Positions 33,766 to 44,542 of a stretch of 64,000 bases of DNA are shown one piece after another. A model generated the notes under the pieces. It had not been told where the DNA came from. It saw only the letters and a list, made by a program, of their open reading frames with translations, and ran no database searches. The stretch spans positions 76,167 through 140,166 of the forward strand of contig CAWJNH010000001.1 in NCBI GenBank assembly GCA_963844215.1, read 5' to 3'. The position numbers were made by a program, and so were the translations under genes. Every line of letters begins with the position of its first letter. Position 1 is the stretch's first letter. This DNA is from an uncultured Actinomycetota bacterium (GTDB taxonomy: Bacteria; Actinomycetota; Actinomycetes; Mycobacteriales; Micromonosporaceae).

Positions 33766-35409
33766 TCAAAGCTTCTTGATGTCGATTTCGGAGAACCCCA
33801 CCCGGCTGTCCGAGCCATCCCCGGTGGGTGTCGCGCCGAGTACGACCTTGCCGGCCGGCAAGCTCGGGTCGTTGACGGGGGCCGAGGTCACTTGCTTGCC
33901 GTCGACGGTGACGGCGGCGACGTCGTGGCGAATGGCGATCCCGAGCGCATGTTTGCTACCGACGGTGAAGGTACTCACCGCTGCCTTGGTCAGCGGGTGC
34001 AGGTCGTCGACGTCGTCGATGGCGACGGCCACTTCGGTGGCGCACACCGCGACTCGATAGCCGCTCTGTTTCACGTACCGGAACCACACGGTCGCGCAGC
34101 CGCTCGGGGTCTGCAACTGCACATCGACCGTGATGGACTGATCGCCGGAGAAGGTGTCCGACGGTCCCGGGCACTGGAAAGCGGCAGTCTCCGACGGTGA
34201 CACCACCAGCGCGCCGTTCGCGAACTGGCAGCGACCGGCCTCGACGAACGTGGTCGACCACAGCCCGGGCCGGTCGAGCCGGTCGTAAATCCTCGGCCCT
34301 TGGACAGCCGGCGAAGATGAAGTGGCCGACGGTGACGGGCCGGCGACCGGTGCACCTGCTCTGGCGCTCGAGTCATGGTTGGCCAGCAGCACCCCGGCCC
34401 CGGCCCCGGCGGCGGCAAGGACCACCAGCCCGGCAGCGACCAGCTTCGGCGTACGACGACCGGGTTTGCGCGTGACGACAGTCGTGATCGGCGCGCCGAG
34501 CCGGTTCCCGGTCGCGTAGGGGGCGGAGTTCTGCGCCGCTTCGGCCGCCTGCCGCAGCTCCGGGTGGGCGGCCAGGCTGACCGCCGCATCGTACGAGCCG
34601 GCGGTCAGCAGCTGCTCGAGCAGATCGTGGGCGGTGGGCCGGTCCCCCGGTTCCTTCGCCAGGGTCTGGGCAACCAGATCCTTCAGCCGGCCGGTGAGCC
34701 CGGTCAACACCGGGGGCTGGGTGAGAATCCGGGCGGCCGTGGCGGCGGCCGAGTCGCCCGCGAACGGGGTCCGGCCGGCGGCCGCGTACGCCACAACCGC
34801 GCCCCACGCGAACACGTCGGCGGCCGGCGTGACCGCGCGGGCGTTGCCGTCGAATCGCTCCGGCGACATGTACGCGACCGTGCCCACCATCTGGTCGGTT
34901 TTGGTGTGCTGGCTGGTCACCTCGAGCGCCCGGGCGATGCCGAAGTCGATCACCTTGGGGGTGCCGAGCGAGAACAGCACATTGGCCGGCTTCAGATCGC
35001 GGTGGATGACCCCAGCGCCGTGGATCGCCGCCAGTGCCGTCGCCACCCCGATGGCCAGACTGTGCAGGTTGCCGGCCGTCAGCGGGCCCCGATCGTCGAC
35101 CACCTGGGCCAGGCTCGGCCCGTCGACGTACTCGACGACCAAGTACGGCGTGCGGTGTTCGGGGTCGGCGTCGAGCAGCTCGGCGGTGCAGAACGGCGGC
35201 ACCTGCCGCGCCCGGTTGACCTCACTGCGGAACCGGGCCCGGAACTCATCCTCGGCCGCGTACTCGGGCCGAATGACTTTGACGGCGACGAGCCGGCCCG
35301 AGGCGGAACGGCCGAGGTAAACGGTGCCCATGCCGCCCTGGCCGAGGCGTTTCAGCAGCTCGTAACCGCCGAGGTGCCGAGGATCACCCGGGCGCAACTC
35401 TTGGCTCAC
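33766..35409 (-). CDS. Transmembrane Ser/Thr protein kinase
   Basis: LGQGGMG, VAVK, HRDLKPANV, DFG, GTVAYMSPE; one TM; extracellular beta domain. Confidence 0.92.
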   Translation of the reverse strand: MSQELRPGDPRHLGGYELLKRLGQGGMGTVYLGRSASGRLVAVKVIRPEYAAEDEFRARFRSEVNRARQVPPFCTAELLDADPEHRTPYLVVEYVDGPSLAQVVDDRGPLTAGNLHSLAIGVATALAAIHGAGVIHRDLKPANVLFSLGTPKVIDFGIARALEVTSQHTKTDQMVGTVAYMSPERFDGNARAVTPAADVFAWGAVVAYAAAGRTPFAGDSAAATAARILTQPPVLTGLTGRLKDLVAQTLAKEPGDRPTAHDLLEQLLTAGSYDAAVSLAAHPELRQAAEAAQNSAPYATGNRLGAPITTVVTRKPGRRTPKLVAAGLVVLAAAGAGAGVLLANHDSSARAGAPVAGPSPSATSSSPAVQGPRIYDRLDRPGLWSTTFVEAGRCQFANGALVVSPSETAAFQCPGPSDTFSGDQSITVDVQLQTPSGCATVWFRYVKQSGYRVAVCATEVAVAIDDVDDLHPLTKAAVSTFTVGSKHALGIAIRHDVAAVTVDGKQVTSAPVNDPSLPAGKVVLGATPTGDGSDSRVGFSEIDIKKL

Positions 35410-35868
35410 CGGCCGCAGGTTACTAGGTCAACGTCACTGTTGCATCGAGGGATGCCCAAGATCGTTGGCGCAAATTCTTCGGACGACCCTGGGACGAGTC
35501 GACCCGGCCGGCAGCCAGGTCACCAACGTCCGATTTGCCTGATCCGTACAGGGTGCGGCAGCCCCGGACGGGGCCTCGCAGGGTGTACGCACGCCTTGCG
35601 GGTCTCGAGTACCGGATCTGCCGGTGATGGCCGCCGCCAACGCGGTGTAGTCGGTGCCGGCACTGAACAAAGCCACCCGCGGTACGACGGATCGCCGTGT
35701 CGATCTCCACGCATCGCCTCGCCGGCCCGCTCCCACCCGCGCAAACCCACGCCGCCGGATGGCACAAAACCGGGATTTGCCGCCTCCGCCACATCCATAC
35801 GCTTCACCTCAGTAAGCGATCACCACATCAACCACAACCACACTCTTCAATGACCGATAGGAACAATC

Positions 35869-36597
35869 ATGCGCGTCTCCCGGGCCCACCTCCTCCTCGC
35901 CACCGGTGTCGCCGGCACCGCCGCCGTCCTGGCCACCGTGAGCGGCATCTCCATCGCGAACGCAGCCGGAACCCACCCCGCCGCCCAGACCGCACGCCCC
36001 GTCGCGGCCGCCGTCAACGCCGCCGCCACCACCAAAACCGCCACCACCAGCAGCAAAACCGCCACCACCCACACCAGCGGCAAGGCCACCACCAGCAAAA
36101 CTGTCACCGCCACCACCGGCAAGGCCGTCAACGGCCGTCTCGGCCCGATCATCTCCACCGGAATGGACGCCAGCAAGATCAGCGAATGGGTCATCTACGG
36201 CATCCCCGTCAAGAACAAGTACAACCCGCTGACCACGTTCGGGTTCCGACTCAGCGAACGGCACAACAACGGCACCCTCACCCCGGACCTGTACATCGCC
36301 GAGACGAGCCGCCCGGACCTCGCACCGGGGTTCCACGCCGTCGAAGGCGCCTACACCCTGGAAGGCGGCATCGAACAACCCGCCTTCGGCTACTTCGTCG
36401 GACACCCCGCGAAAATCACCACCGACGTGGCCGGCAAGAGCGTCACCGCCCACACCGTCGTCTGGAGCCAGAACCCCGCGGTCACCGTCTTCTGGTTCGA
36501 CAACACGAAGGTCACCGGAGCCACCACCCTCACCACCATGAACGCCTACGACACCACCGGACACCGCACCGCCACCACGGCCGTCCCCTACCAGTGA
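35869..36597 (+). CDS. Secreted Thr-rich hypothetical protein
   Basis: Signal peptide ending ANA; KTATT repeats; strongly C/A-rich coding strand. Confidence 0.7.
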   Translation: MRVSRAHLLLATGVAGTAAVLATVSGISIANAAGTHPAAQTARPVAAAVNAAATTKTATTSSKTATTHTSGKATTSKTVTATTGKAVNGRLGPIISTGMDASKISEWVIYGIPVKNKYNPLTTFGFRLSERHNNGTLTPDLYIAETSRPDLAPGFHAVEGAYTLEGGIEQPAFGYFVGHPAKITTDVAGKSVTAHTVVWSQNPAVTVFWFDNTKVTGATTLTTMNAYDTTGHRTATTAVPYQ

Positions 36598-36612
36598 CCC
36601 CCGCAACCGCCA

Positions 36613-36649
36613 ACTGCCGCCCACGTCCACACCCGGACGAGGGCGGCAG
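36613..36649 (+). terminator. Hairpin terminator
   Basis: ACTGCCGCCC..GTCC..GGAC..GGGCGGCAGT. Confidence 0.55.
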
Positions 36650-36904
36650 TCCTGTCACCCATCGCCGGGCTTGGACCGCCGCGCCGTCCAGCTGACGCGG
36701 TCGGCAGATGGTGCGCCGATCCCGACCAGAGGCTGGCTGCCCTTGGTCGGGAACGGTCATCGGGTGGTTCCGCTCTCGCTGTTGGTGGCTGATCGAAGGA
36801 GGCACCCGACTTCGTACCGGCACTTGTCGCCACGGCTACGCCGCAGTCATCAGGTGCTCCTCGATCGGCCGTTGGCCCGTTGGTCGGTTACCGACCCGCG
36901 AATG

Positions 36905-38494
36905 TCAGGACGACGGAACGGCCGAGGGGTTCTGGCCGGTGGCGCGGGGGGTGAGGGTGAATTTCTGGTTCCCGCCGTCGTTCGGTGCCCACTGAATGAA
37001 TTGCGTGCCGGCGGCAGTGCTCCAACCCGGGTCGTCGAGCACCAGCTTGCTGTTGCGGTTGTAGAAGGAGTAGGTGCCGTCGGCGTTGTGGACCGGCAGC
37101 CACTGGTCGTTGCCAGGGACGATGGCACCGGCCGGCCACTGCACGATCGGGGCGCCGGGCTTTCCGGAAGCCGAGCTCACGTTGAGCACCTGACCGCTGC
37201 CCGTGTTCTTGATTTCGTAATAGCCGTTGCTCTTCGGGACGAACGTCCACGAGGAACCGGCACCGCCGTTGTCAGTGTTCTGCACGATTGCGGCCGAACT
37301 GCCCTGTACACCCAGCGACATCTTGCTGGCGACGTTCGCGATCTCGTAATTCCCCGAGAACGGTGAGGCCGCGGTGTTCGGCAGCACCTGGAACAGACCC
37401 ACCATGCCGTTCATCTCGAACGCGTCGGCGCTCGGGTCATTGGTGGGTTTCTTCCAGTCGTTCCAGGTCAGATTCGCACTGTTGCGGACGCTCCAGGCCT
37501 GTGCGGCGTTGGCGCGCATGTAGGCGTCGTACCGGCTGCAGAGGTCGGCGTCGGTGCAGAAGTCGCTCATGCCTTTGAACAGCCAGTACTGGTACGAGCT
37601 GCCCTTGGTTTGGTTGTTCGCGACGATCGGCACGGTGTTCACGAAATGGTCCGCGGTGCGCTGCGCGTCATCGCGGTACTGGCTGTCACCGGTGACCCGG
37701 AACAGGTTGTCCGCCGCCTCGATGAACGATCCGGCGTTGTAGGCGTTGTCCGACTTCTGTACTTCGGTCGCCCCCTTGTTGCCGTTCGGGAAGGCGATGC
37801 ACTCGTTCACCACGCCGCTGGAGGTGTCCACGATGTGGCTGCGTACCCAGGCGTAGATCGCCTTGGCCTTGGTCAGATACGCCCCGTCACCAGTGATCAG
37901 GTACAGCGAGGTGGCCGTGCTGATCATCGGGTCGTTGCTGAGCGCACACTTGCTGTAGGTCGGGTCCATCGCCTCCCAGATCCCGCCGCCGCCGTCCGCC
38001 GTCCATCCGCGGTCGTAGGTCTTGTTCCACTGGTCCGCTGCGGTCTTCAGCCAGTCGGCGTCTCCGGTGACCTGGTAGCCGCGCAGAACCGCGGTGATCA
38101 TCCACGCGACGTCATCGTTCCAGCCGTCCCACGCCGTCCAGGTGGTGCCCTCCTTCTTCAGGAAACTGGTGACCAGATCCCTGACCAGCTGACGGTCAGC
38201 GGGCGCGTGGGTGCGTTCGTAGACGTCCTGTGCGATCTGGATGTTCAGCGCCGCGATCCACGTACCGGAAGGCGTCGTGGTGCCTTTGCTCTTGAGTCCG
38301 TTGGTGTAAAAGGCGCTGCCGTTGCCCTGCACCAGGAATGCATCGTTCCAGGCTTTGAACACAGTGTCCGCGGACGGCAGGGCGGTGTCGGCGGACGGCG
38401 TGGTGCCGGCGTGCGCGATCGGCGAAAGCACAAGAGCCGTCGCCGCGGCCGCCACGGCCAGGCCGGCCGCGCCGAAGACCTTCAGTTTCCTCAC
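36905..38494 (-). CDS. Secreted GH76 alpha-1,6-mannanase-like enzyme with ricin-B lectin
   Basis: WNDDVAW, GGGIW, YNAGSF; QW repeats. Confidence 0.85.
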   Translation of the reverse strand: MRKLKVFGAAGLAVAAAATALVLSPIAHAGTTPSADTALPSADTVFKAWNDAFLVQGNGSAFYTNGLKSKGTTTPSGTWIAALNIQIAQDVYERTHAPADRQLVRDLVTSFLKKEGTTWTAWDGWNDDVAWMITAVLRGYQVTGDADWLKTAADQWNKTYDRGWTADGGGGIWEAMDPTYSKCALSNDPMISTATSLYLITGDGAYLTKAKAIYAWVRSHIVDTSSGVVNECIAFPNGNKGATEVQKSDNAYNAGSFIEAADNLFRVTGDSQYRDDAQRTADHFVNTVPIVANNQTKGSSYQYWLFKGMSDFCTDADLCSRYDAYMRANAAQAWSVRNSANLTWNDWKKPTNDPSADAFEMNGMVGLFQVLPNTAASPFSGNYEIANVASKMSLGVQGSSAAIVQNTDNGGAGSSWTFVPKSNGYYEIKNTGSGQVLNVSSASGKPGAPIVQWPAGAIVPGNDQWLPVHNADGTYSFYNRNSKLVLDDPGWSTAAGTQFIQWAPNDGGNQKFTLTPRATGQNPSAVPSS

Positions 38495-38545
38495 AGTGAA
38501 AAGCCAATCTGTTCGGGTGTGGGGGGAAAAACTTCGGATCGCGGC

Positions 38546-39673
38546 TCAGAACGGCGAGGGTGTCCACTGTTGGTTCGCACCCGAGTCGCAGTCCCAGATG
38601 TCGAGTTGAGTTCCGTCGCTGGCGTTCCAGCCCGGGTCGTCGAGGCAGCGGCCGGACGCGGGGTTGCGGTAGCCGACGCCGGTCGGCTGCCACTGCTGGT
38701 TACTACCGCCGTTGCAGTCCCATAGTTCGAGCTTCGCCCCGTTGGCCGTGCCATTATTGGTTACGTCGAGGCACTTGCCGACCGCCCGCAGGGTCCCGTC
38801 GGCGTTCGCCGTCCACGACTGGGCATCGGTGCGGTTGCAGCCCCAGATCTCCACCCGGGTGCCGTTCGTGTCGGAACCGCCCTTGACGTCCAGACACTTG
38901 CCCGCGATACCGGACACGACAGCGACCGGCGCGTCACCGGAACCGAGAGTGATCCATCCCGAGGCGGCCGCCGCCTCGATGCTCTTGTTCCAAGCGACGG
39001 CCATTTTCTTGTATCCGTTGTCGTTGGGGTGCAACGCGTCGAACATGTCGGCCGTGGTCACCGCACTCATGTCGGCCAACGCCACATGCTCACCGGCTGC
39101 CTTCTTGGTCGAGACCATGTCGGCGACCGCCGTGTTGTACGCCGGCCGCAGGGGCGCGACCACCGTGTTCATGCTCGTGATGAGGCTGGCGACCAGCACG
39201 GTGGCCTTGGGGTCGTCGCGCAGGATCTTGTCGACCAGCCCACCGAGCCGGGCCGGTGCGGTGGACACTTGGTAGTTCTGACCCAGGTCGTTGGTGCCGG
39301 CCATCAGCAGCACCACGTCAGGTTTGTACGTGGCCATCGAGGAATCGGTGATGCCGGCGAGCTGGTCGATCCGCCAACCGGCGTGACCTTCGTTGTCCGG
39401 GTCGGACATGGTGCCGTTGCGGGCTGAGCCGACGAAATCCACCGCGTGGCCGGCGCCGGTCAGGTCGTCGTGCAGCGGTCCCCGGTAGCCGTTCCCGGTC
39501 GAGCTCTGGTTACCACAGGTGACGGAGTCACCCATCGGTTCGATCTTCAGCGGAAGTGTTTTCGCGGCTGCGGATTGAGTCGTGACGGTGGTCGCCAGCG
39601 CCGATACCGTGCCGGCGGCGACACCAGCCACAGCCACGATGGTCAATGCCGAGATGATGACAAGTTTTTTCAT
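38546..39673 (-). CDS. Secreted SGNH esterase with ricin-B lectin
   Basis: GDSVT, GHAGW, GTND, DALHPN; KCLDV..QQW. Confidence 0.88.
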   Translation of the reverse strand: MKKLVIISALTIVAVAGVAAGTVSALATTVTTQSAAAKTLPLKIEPMGDSVTCGNQSSTGNGYRGPLHDDLTGAGHAVDFVGSARNGTMSDPDNEGHAGWRIDQLAGITDSSMATYKPDVVLLMAGTNDLGQNYQVSTAPARLGGLVDKILRDDPKATVLVASLITSMNTVVAPLRPAYNTAVADMVSTKKAAGEHVALADMSAVTTADMFDALHPNDNGYKKMAVAWNKSIEAAAASGWITLGSGDAPVAVVSGIAGKCLDVKGGSDTNGTRVEIWGCNRTDAQSWTANADGTLRAVGKCLDVTNNGTANGAKLELWDCNGGSNQQWQPTGVGYRNPASGRCLDDPGWNASDGTQLDIWDCDSGANQQWTPSPF

Positions 39674-42114
39674 GACAACGTCCACTTCTGGTTCGCGCCG
39701 CCGTTGCACGTCCAAATTTCGAGGGGGGTGCTGTTGGCCGTGCCGTGGTTGGTGGCGTCGAGGCATTTGCCGGAGCCGACGGCGATGATGGTGCCGTCGG
39801 CGGCGACCTTCCATTGCTGATTGCTGCCGCCGGTGCAGTCCCAGATCAGCACCGCCGTCCCGTCGGCGGTACCCGCGCGGTTCACATCCAGGCACTTGTT
39901 GCCGTAAACGGTCAGCTGCTGCGCCGCGGTCGCGCTCCAGATCTGGTTGTCGTTGCCGCTGCAATCCCAGAGGGCGACCACGGTGCCGTTGGTATGCACG
40001 GCCCCGGGCACGTCGACGCAACGCCCGGACTCCACACCCTTGACCAGACCGGCACCACCGGTCGGCGGGGGTGGCCCGGCCTTGGCGGTGACGGCGAAGT
40101 TGTCGAACTGGTCGGTCTGGTAGCCCACGACGCCCAGCCCGGCCTGGCCTCGACCGTACGAGCTGTCGCTGGTGGTGCCGAGCGTGGCGCCGTCGAGGGT
40201 GGCAGTGATCTGCGTGCCGGAGAAGCCCAGACTGATGGTGTGCCAGGTGTTCAGGCCCAGTCCTGCATGGGTGCCGGAGGTCAGCGTGGTGCTGGTGTTG
40301 CTGGTGGTGTGCTTGACGATCGCCCAGGCGCCGGTGTCACTGATCCGCAGCTGGTAGGCGGCCTGCCGGTTCTGCGGGCGGGTCTGCGTATTGGCCCGGC
40401 CGAGCAGGGTCACCGTGCCGGCCTGCTGCATGTTGACGTCGGTGCTCACCGTGTAGTTCGACCAGGACGGGTCACCGACCAGGGTGAAGGCGTCGCTGTC
40501 GTCCTGCCAGTTGATCGGCTGAACCGGCGCCACCTGCTGCAGGCACCGACCGGAACGACCGGCGGCGCAGTCGCGAACCTCGTACGAGCCTTGCATGTCG
40601 GAGAAGTACTTCGCTTCCGACCGGTTGGCGTAGCCGTCGAAGTTGTCCGAGTAGGGCAATGACAACGTGCCCGGTGCGGGACTGGTCGCCGTGCCCTTGC
40701 CCTGTCCGGTCGTGGTGGTGACCGTGTAGATCCGGTTCGGCTGCAACGTCAGCGAGTACGACCCGTTCGCCGGGGTGATGTCGGCTTGCTTGACGAAGTA
40801 GCCGGCCGGGTCGGTGGAGCTCAAGTCGGTGGACCAGACGTGCACCGTGCCGGTGCTCAGGCCGCCACTGACGGTGACGTTCACCGTCTGCGCGGCGTTG
40901 GTGGTGGTGGTCTCGTACACCGTGGAGTAGTCGGTGTTGTTGGGCGACTTCAGCGAGATGTAGCTGCCGTTGGTGCGGTTGCCACCGAGGTAGCCGCTGG
41001 CGGAGTCGTTCAGGAACTTCCATCCCGGCTGAGCGAACTGGGTGACGTGCGCGGTGGCCCAGGTGCTTGCACCGATCGAGTACTGTCCGGACCACGGTTG
41101 CCCGGCGGTCATCAGGCCCACCGTGGCGTACGGAAGGTTAGGGGTGATCGCCGCGATCAGTGGCCAGTTCAGGTAGGCGGTCATCGTGGCGTCCAGGTAG
41201 CCCCGGGTGATCGACCGGATCAGCGCCGGCGTCCCCGACGTCTGGTCCTGCGACCCGTTCTCCGAGGCCCACATCGGCTTCCCGGTGGCCCGGGCGTTGG
41301 CCGTGGTGGAACAGGAGGTGGCGTCACCCCCGTCACCGCCGTTGCACGGGTAGTGGCTTCCGACCACGTCGACCGCGTTGTTGAACGCCGAGTCCTTGAC
41401 CATGTCGTCGGCGACTTCCCAGCCGGAGTCGGCGCCTACCACCTTGACCGCGCCGAAACCGTTGGCGTTCAGCGCCGACCGCAGCTTCTCGTACCAGCCC
41501 TTGTCGTACCCGCGCTCGTTCCAGCCGCCGAGGTAGCTGATCGTCAACCCGTGGCCCTTGGCACAGTTCAGCCAGGAGATGTCGTAGTCGATCATGTCCT
41601 GGGACCAGAAGTTGTGGTTGCCGATCCAGCCCGGCGCGGTCCACGGCAGCCCGTACAGCTTGATGTTCGGGTTGCGGGCGGCCGCCTGTTCACCGAGCCA
41701 GAATTCGTAGCCGACGTTGCAGTTGACGTCGCCGCGCACGTGCTCGTGGCTGGGCTCGGAGCCGTCCGTGGAGTTGGCGTCCCCGCCGATCTCCAGCTTC
41801 AGAACCTGCACCTGCGCGCCGTAACCCGGCTTGAACAGGTAGTCGAGGATCTGCGAGCGTTGCGGCTCGGGGTAGTTGACGAGCAGCCGCGAGTTGCCAC
41901 CGCCGCCGCTGATCGCACCGACACCGTCGAACGTACGGCCGGCCACCGCACCGTTCACGGCGACCGTGGTCGCCGCGGCGGTAGCGGGCGGGGTGGAGGC
42001 GTCGGCGTGCAGAGCCACGGCGACGGTGGAGGCAGATGCCACGGCAAGCACAGCCGCGATCCGGAGCACTCGGGTCGACCGTGCACGACGGCCAAGTTGA
42101 TGAAGAGGCCTCAT
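39670..42114 (-). CDS. Secreted GH59 galactosylceramidase-like enzyme with ricin-B lectin
   Basis: FDGVGAISGGGGNSRLL, ILDYLFKP, EIGGD, WNER, WASE. Confidence 0.88.
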   Translation of the reverse strand: MRPLHQLGRRARSTRVLRIAAVLAVASASTVAVALHADASTPPATAAATTVAVNGAVAGRTFDGVGAISGGGGNSRLLVNYPEPQRSQILDYLFKPGYGAQVQVLKLEIGGDANSTDGSEPSHEHVRGDVNCNVGYEFWLGEQAAARNPNIKLYGLPWTAPGWIGNHNFWSQDMIDYDISWLNCAKGHGLTISYLGGWNERGYDKGWYEKLRSALNANGFGAVKVVGADSGWEVADDMVKDSAFNNAVDVVGSHYPCNGGDGGDATSCSTTANARATGKPMWASENGSQDQTSGTPALIRSITRGYLDATMTAYLNWPLIAAITPNLPYATVGLMTAGQPWSGQYSIGASTWATAHVTQFAQPGWKFLNDSASGYLGGNRTNGSYISLKSPNNTDYSTVYETTTTNAAQTVNVTVSGGLSTGTVHVWSTDLSSTDPAGYFVKQADITPANGSYSLTLQPNRIYTVTTTTGQGKGTATSPAPGTLSLPYSDNFDGYANRSEAKYFSDMQGSYEVRDCAAGRSGRCLQQVAPVQPINWQDDSDAFTLVGDPSWSNYTVSTDVNMQQAGTVTLLGRANTQTRPQNRQAAYQLRISDTGAWAIVKHTTSNTSTTLTSGTHAGLGLNTWHTISLGFSGTQITATLDGATLGTTSDSSYGRGQAGLGVVGYQTDQFDNFAVTAKAGPPPPTGGAGLVKGVESGRCVDVPGAVHTNGTVVALWDCSGNDNQIWSATAAQQLTVYGNKCLDVNRAGTADGTAVLIWDCTGGSNQQWKVAADGTIIAVGSGKCLDATNHGTANSTPLEIWTCNGGANQKWTLS

Positions 42115-42182
42115 GGCGCTCCTGTCAGTACGGGGAAACGGGGATGTGGGGCGGGACCGGGATGTGACGGGCATCAACCGCG

Positions 42183-42496
42183 ATGCCGGACGGGGGTGCC
42201 GTAGGAGGTGCCGGGGGTGGGTACCTCGAGGCATTTGTTGGCGTTGTTGCTGATCAACCGGCGGCCGGACGACGACGGCGGCGGCGGCGTGCTACTTCCG
42301 TCACCGGTGAACGGGTTGAGGATGGTGCCGGCCGAGGTGGGGGCGCCGTTGCCGGCGTGGCCGCCGATGGCGACCTGCACCTGTAGGACAGCGGGTCCGG
42401 TCCCGCCGACGTGGGCGACATCGGCGCCGGGATCACAGCGGGCACCGCTACGGCCAACGCTGGGACGACGCCGAATCGCTTCCTTCGAGTACGCAC
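42183..42496 (-). pseudogene. Degraded relic of a secreted ricin-domain enzyme
   Basis: Signal-like start, frame breaks, then PPPPSS..LISNNANKCLEVP. Confidence 0.45.
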
Positions 42497-42930
42497 CGGG
42501 AACTCCTAGGTCACAGCAGAACAGGCGCCAAGTCCGGGCCCCCGCTTGGGGGGTAGGGGCCTGTGACCCGGCGGGAAGGTCACACCGTCAGCCTTGCCAG
42601 GCAGACGCCGATAGCGCTCTGAAGAGGATCGGACGGCGGGTGAGCAGAGTCAATGGATGTTCGCTTATGTGTTCCTTAGTTATTTCCGCGCCTGATAGTT
42701 GAGGGCCTATCGACAACTCCGAAGGTGACCGGACCGGACCCCCCATGCCTCTCCAGTTGCTCCGCTCCGCGGCGTCCGGACAAGGGATGGGGGCACCGGG
42801 CCGCCGAATAAGTTTCGGATGCACGGACGTCCGAAGCCGTCGGATCGGGCGCAGTGAGGGGCATCACGGTCGGGCTGACGCCATTGCTAAGCTTCGCCGA
42901 GAACGTCTGTAGCCTGCCGCAGCACGGACT

Positions 42931-43005
42931 GCCGTCCTGCTAACCGCCGTCCTGTTGGCCGCCGTCCTGTTGGCCGCCGTTCTTGCTGGCCGCCGTCCTG
43001 CTGGC
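42931..43005. repeat. 15-bp tandem repeat, about 5 units
   Basis: GCCGTCCTG(T/C)TGGCC units. Confidence 0.7.
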
Positions 43006-43521
43006 GGCCAGGGCTGCACACGAAGATCCCCGGCGCCGGGGCTGCATCCGTATGGTCGCCGCCATGTGGCGCAACCGCGATCCTCGCTGAGGCGGAGGTC
43101 GCCGGCGACGCCCGCACGCAGGCTGTGCCCCGTGGTCGAGATTCGACTGCCGCGGAGCCGACGGCAAGATTGTCGCCAACCGCACCGGCTCGATTCTGAA
43201 CGAACAAATTCGCACTCGACACAATCACGGCTGCGGCATTGAGAGGCGCCGTTAGAACCGACAGTCATCACGGATGCTTCGGCTGCATCGCGCTGAGGCG
43301 GCCGGATACCGGGTGCCGGGTCGTACACCGGTGACGACCGAATGATGTCTCCGGTGGCCGATCAACGGCAACGCGCTCGCGGTGCCGGAACGGCGGGAGC
43401 GCCGTCCGCGCGGCACGGTCGTGCATGGAGGTCGCTGCATGTCCTTCGACAGCTCGTCGCCGGTGCGGTCGGACGCAATTCCTGAAGGACGTGACGCCGG
43501 ATCCGGTAGGCGAGCGGAGAA

Positions 43522-44430
43522 TCAGTACGCAGTGAAGTAGTCGCCGTTGTCGAGATCGTCGAGCAGCGTCCAGTGATGGGGAGTCCATCCGAGCAACTGT
43601 TGGGTCTGTGCGCTGGATGCGGGCGCGTCGGCACCGTAGACGGTTGCCATGAACGGGTTGCCGAAGTGTTCGGCGGCGTCGGTGACCTCGACCGACCGGG
43701 TCGGGATGCCGAGCTTTTCGCCGATTTTCCCGGCGATGCTCTTGAACGGGATGGCGCTCTCGCCGACGCCGTGCAGCGCGCTGCCGGCCGGCGCCTGTTC
43801 GAGGGCGAGCCGGTACAGGACGGCCGCGTCGAGGCGGTGGACGGCGGGCCAGCGGTTGGAGCCATTTCCCACGTACCCCGAGTATCCGGTACTGCGCGCC
43901 GTAGCGATCAGCATCGGGATGAACCCGCGGTCACGGGGACCGTGGACGGTGGGCGCCAGGCGGACCACGATCGAGCGGACGCCTCGCGAGGCGAGGTCGA
44001 GGCACGCCCGCTCGCCGTCGTAGCGCAGGCCGGCGATCGAGTCCGGGCTCGCCGCATCGGTCTCGGTGCTGACCCGGCCCGGGGGCATGACAAGCGTCCC
44101 GGACGTGACGATCAGCGGCTTGCCGGTTCCGACGAGCGGCTCGCCGAGCGCGCGGATCGCGGCGACATCACGCCGGGCCATGCTCGGCGGGTCGCTGAAG
44201 TCAGCGCCGCCGAAGGCCATGTGCACGACTCCGTCGGCCTGTTCGGCACCGGCCGTCAACGCTTCCAGATCGTCCAGCGAGCCACGGACCGATGCCGCGC
44301 CGAGATCTTCGAGCCGCGCCGCTGCGTCATCCGAACGCGCCAGCCCGGTAACCCGATGACCGGAGCCGACCAGTTCAGAGACGATCGCGGGTCCTGTCTG
44401 ACCGGTTCCGCCGGTGATGAAGACGTGCAC
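43522..44430 (-). CDS. NAD-dependent epimerase/atypical SDR
   Basis: VFITGGTGQTG, GLARSD, WPAVHRLDAA. Confidence 0.88.
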   Translation of the reverse strand: MHVFITGGTGQTGPAIVSELVGSGHRVTGLARSDDAAARLEDLGAASVRGSLDDLEALTAGAEQADGVVHMAFGGADFSDPPSMARRDVAAIRALGEPLVGTGKPLIVTSGTLVMPPGRVSTETDAASPDSIAGLRYDGERACLDLASRGVRSIVVRLAPTVHGPRDRGFIPMLIATARSTGYSGYVGNGSNRWPAVHRLDAAVLYRLALEQAPAGSALHGVGESAIPFKSIAGKIGEKLGIPTRSVEVTDAAEHFGNPFMATVYGADAPASSAQTQQLLGWTPHHWTLLDDLDNGDYFTAY

Positions 44431-44456
44431 TGGGCTTCTCCTTTGACTCAGGATCG

Positions 44457-44525
44457 TTGTGTCACTCGATGACACTATCATGTAGCGTCAGTGAGTGACA
44501 CAAAGATGCGACATCGAGTGACGCA
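44457..44525. promoter_or_regulatory. TetR operator repeats
   Basis: TTGTGTCACTC...GAGTGACACAA inverted pair plus a third ATCGAGTGAC copy. Confidence 0.65.
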
Positions 44526-44542
44526 ACGGGTACTCTGGTGCC

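Noticed and set aside
35828-35858. FliA-type promoter for the C/A-rich gene
   Set aside because: ACCGAT is present but there is no CTCA at the right spacing
42931-43005. Possible CRISPR array
   Set aside because: Contiguous 15-bp units with no spacers and no cas genes
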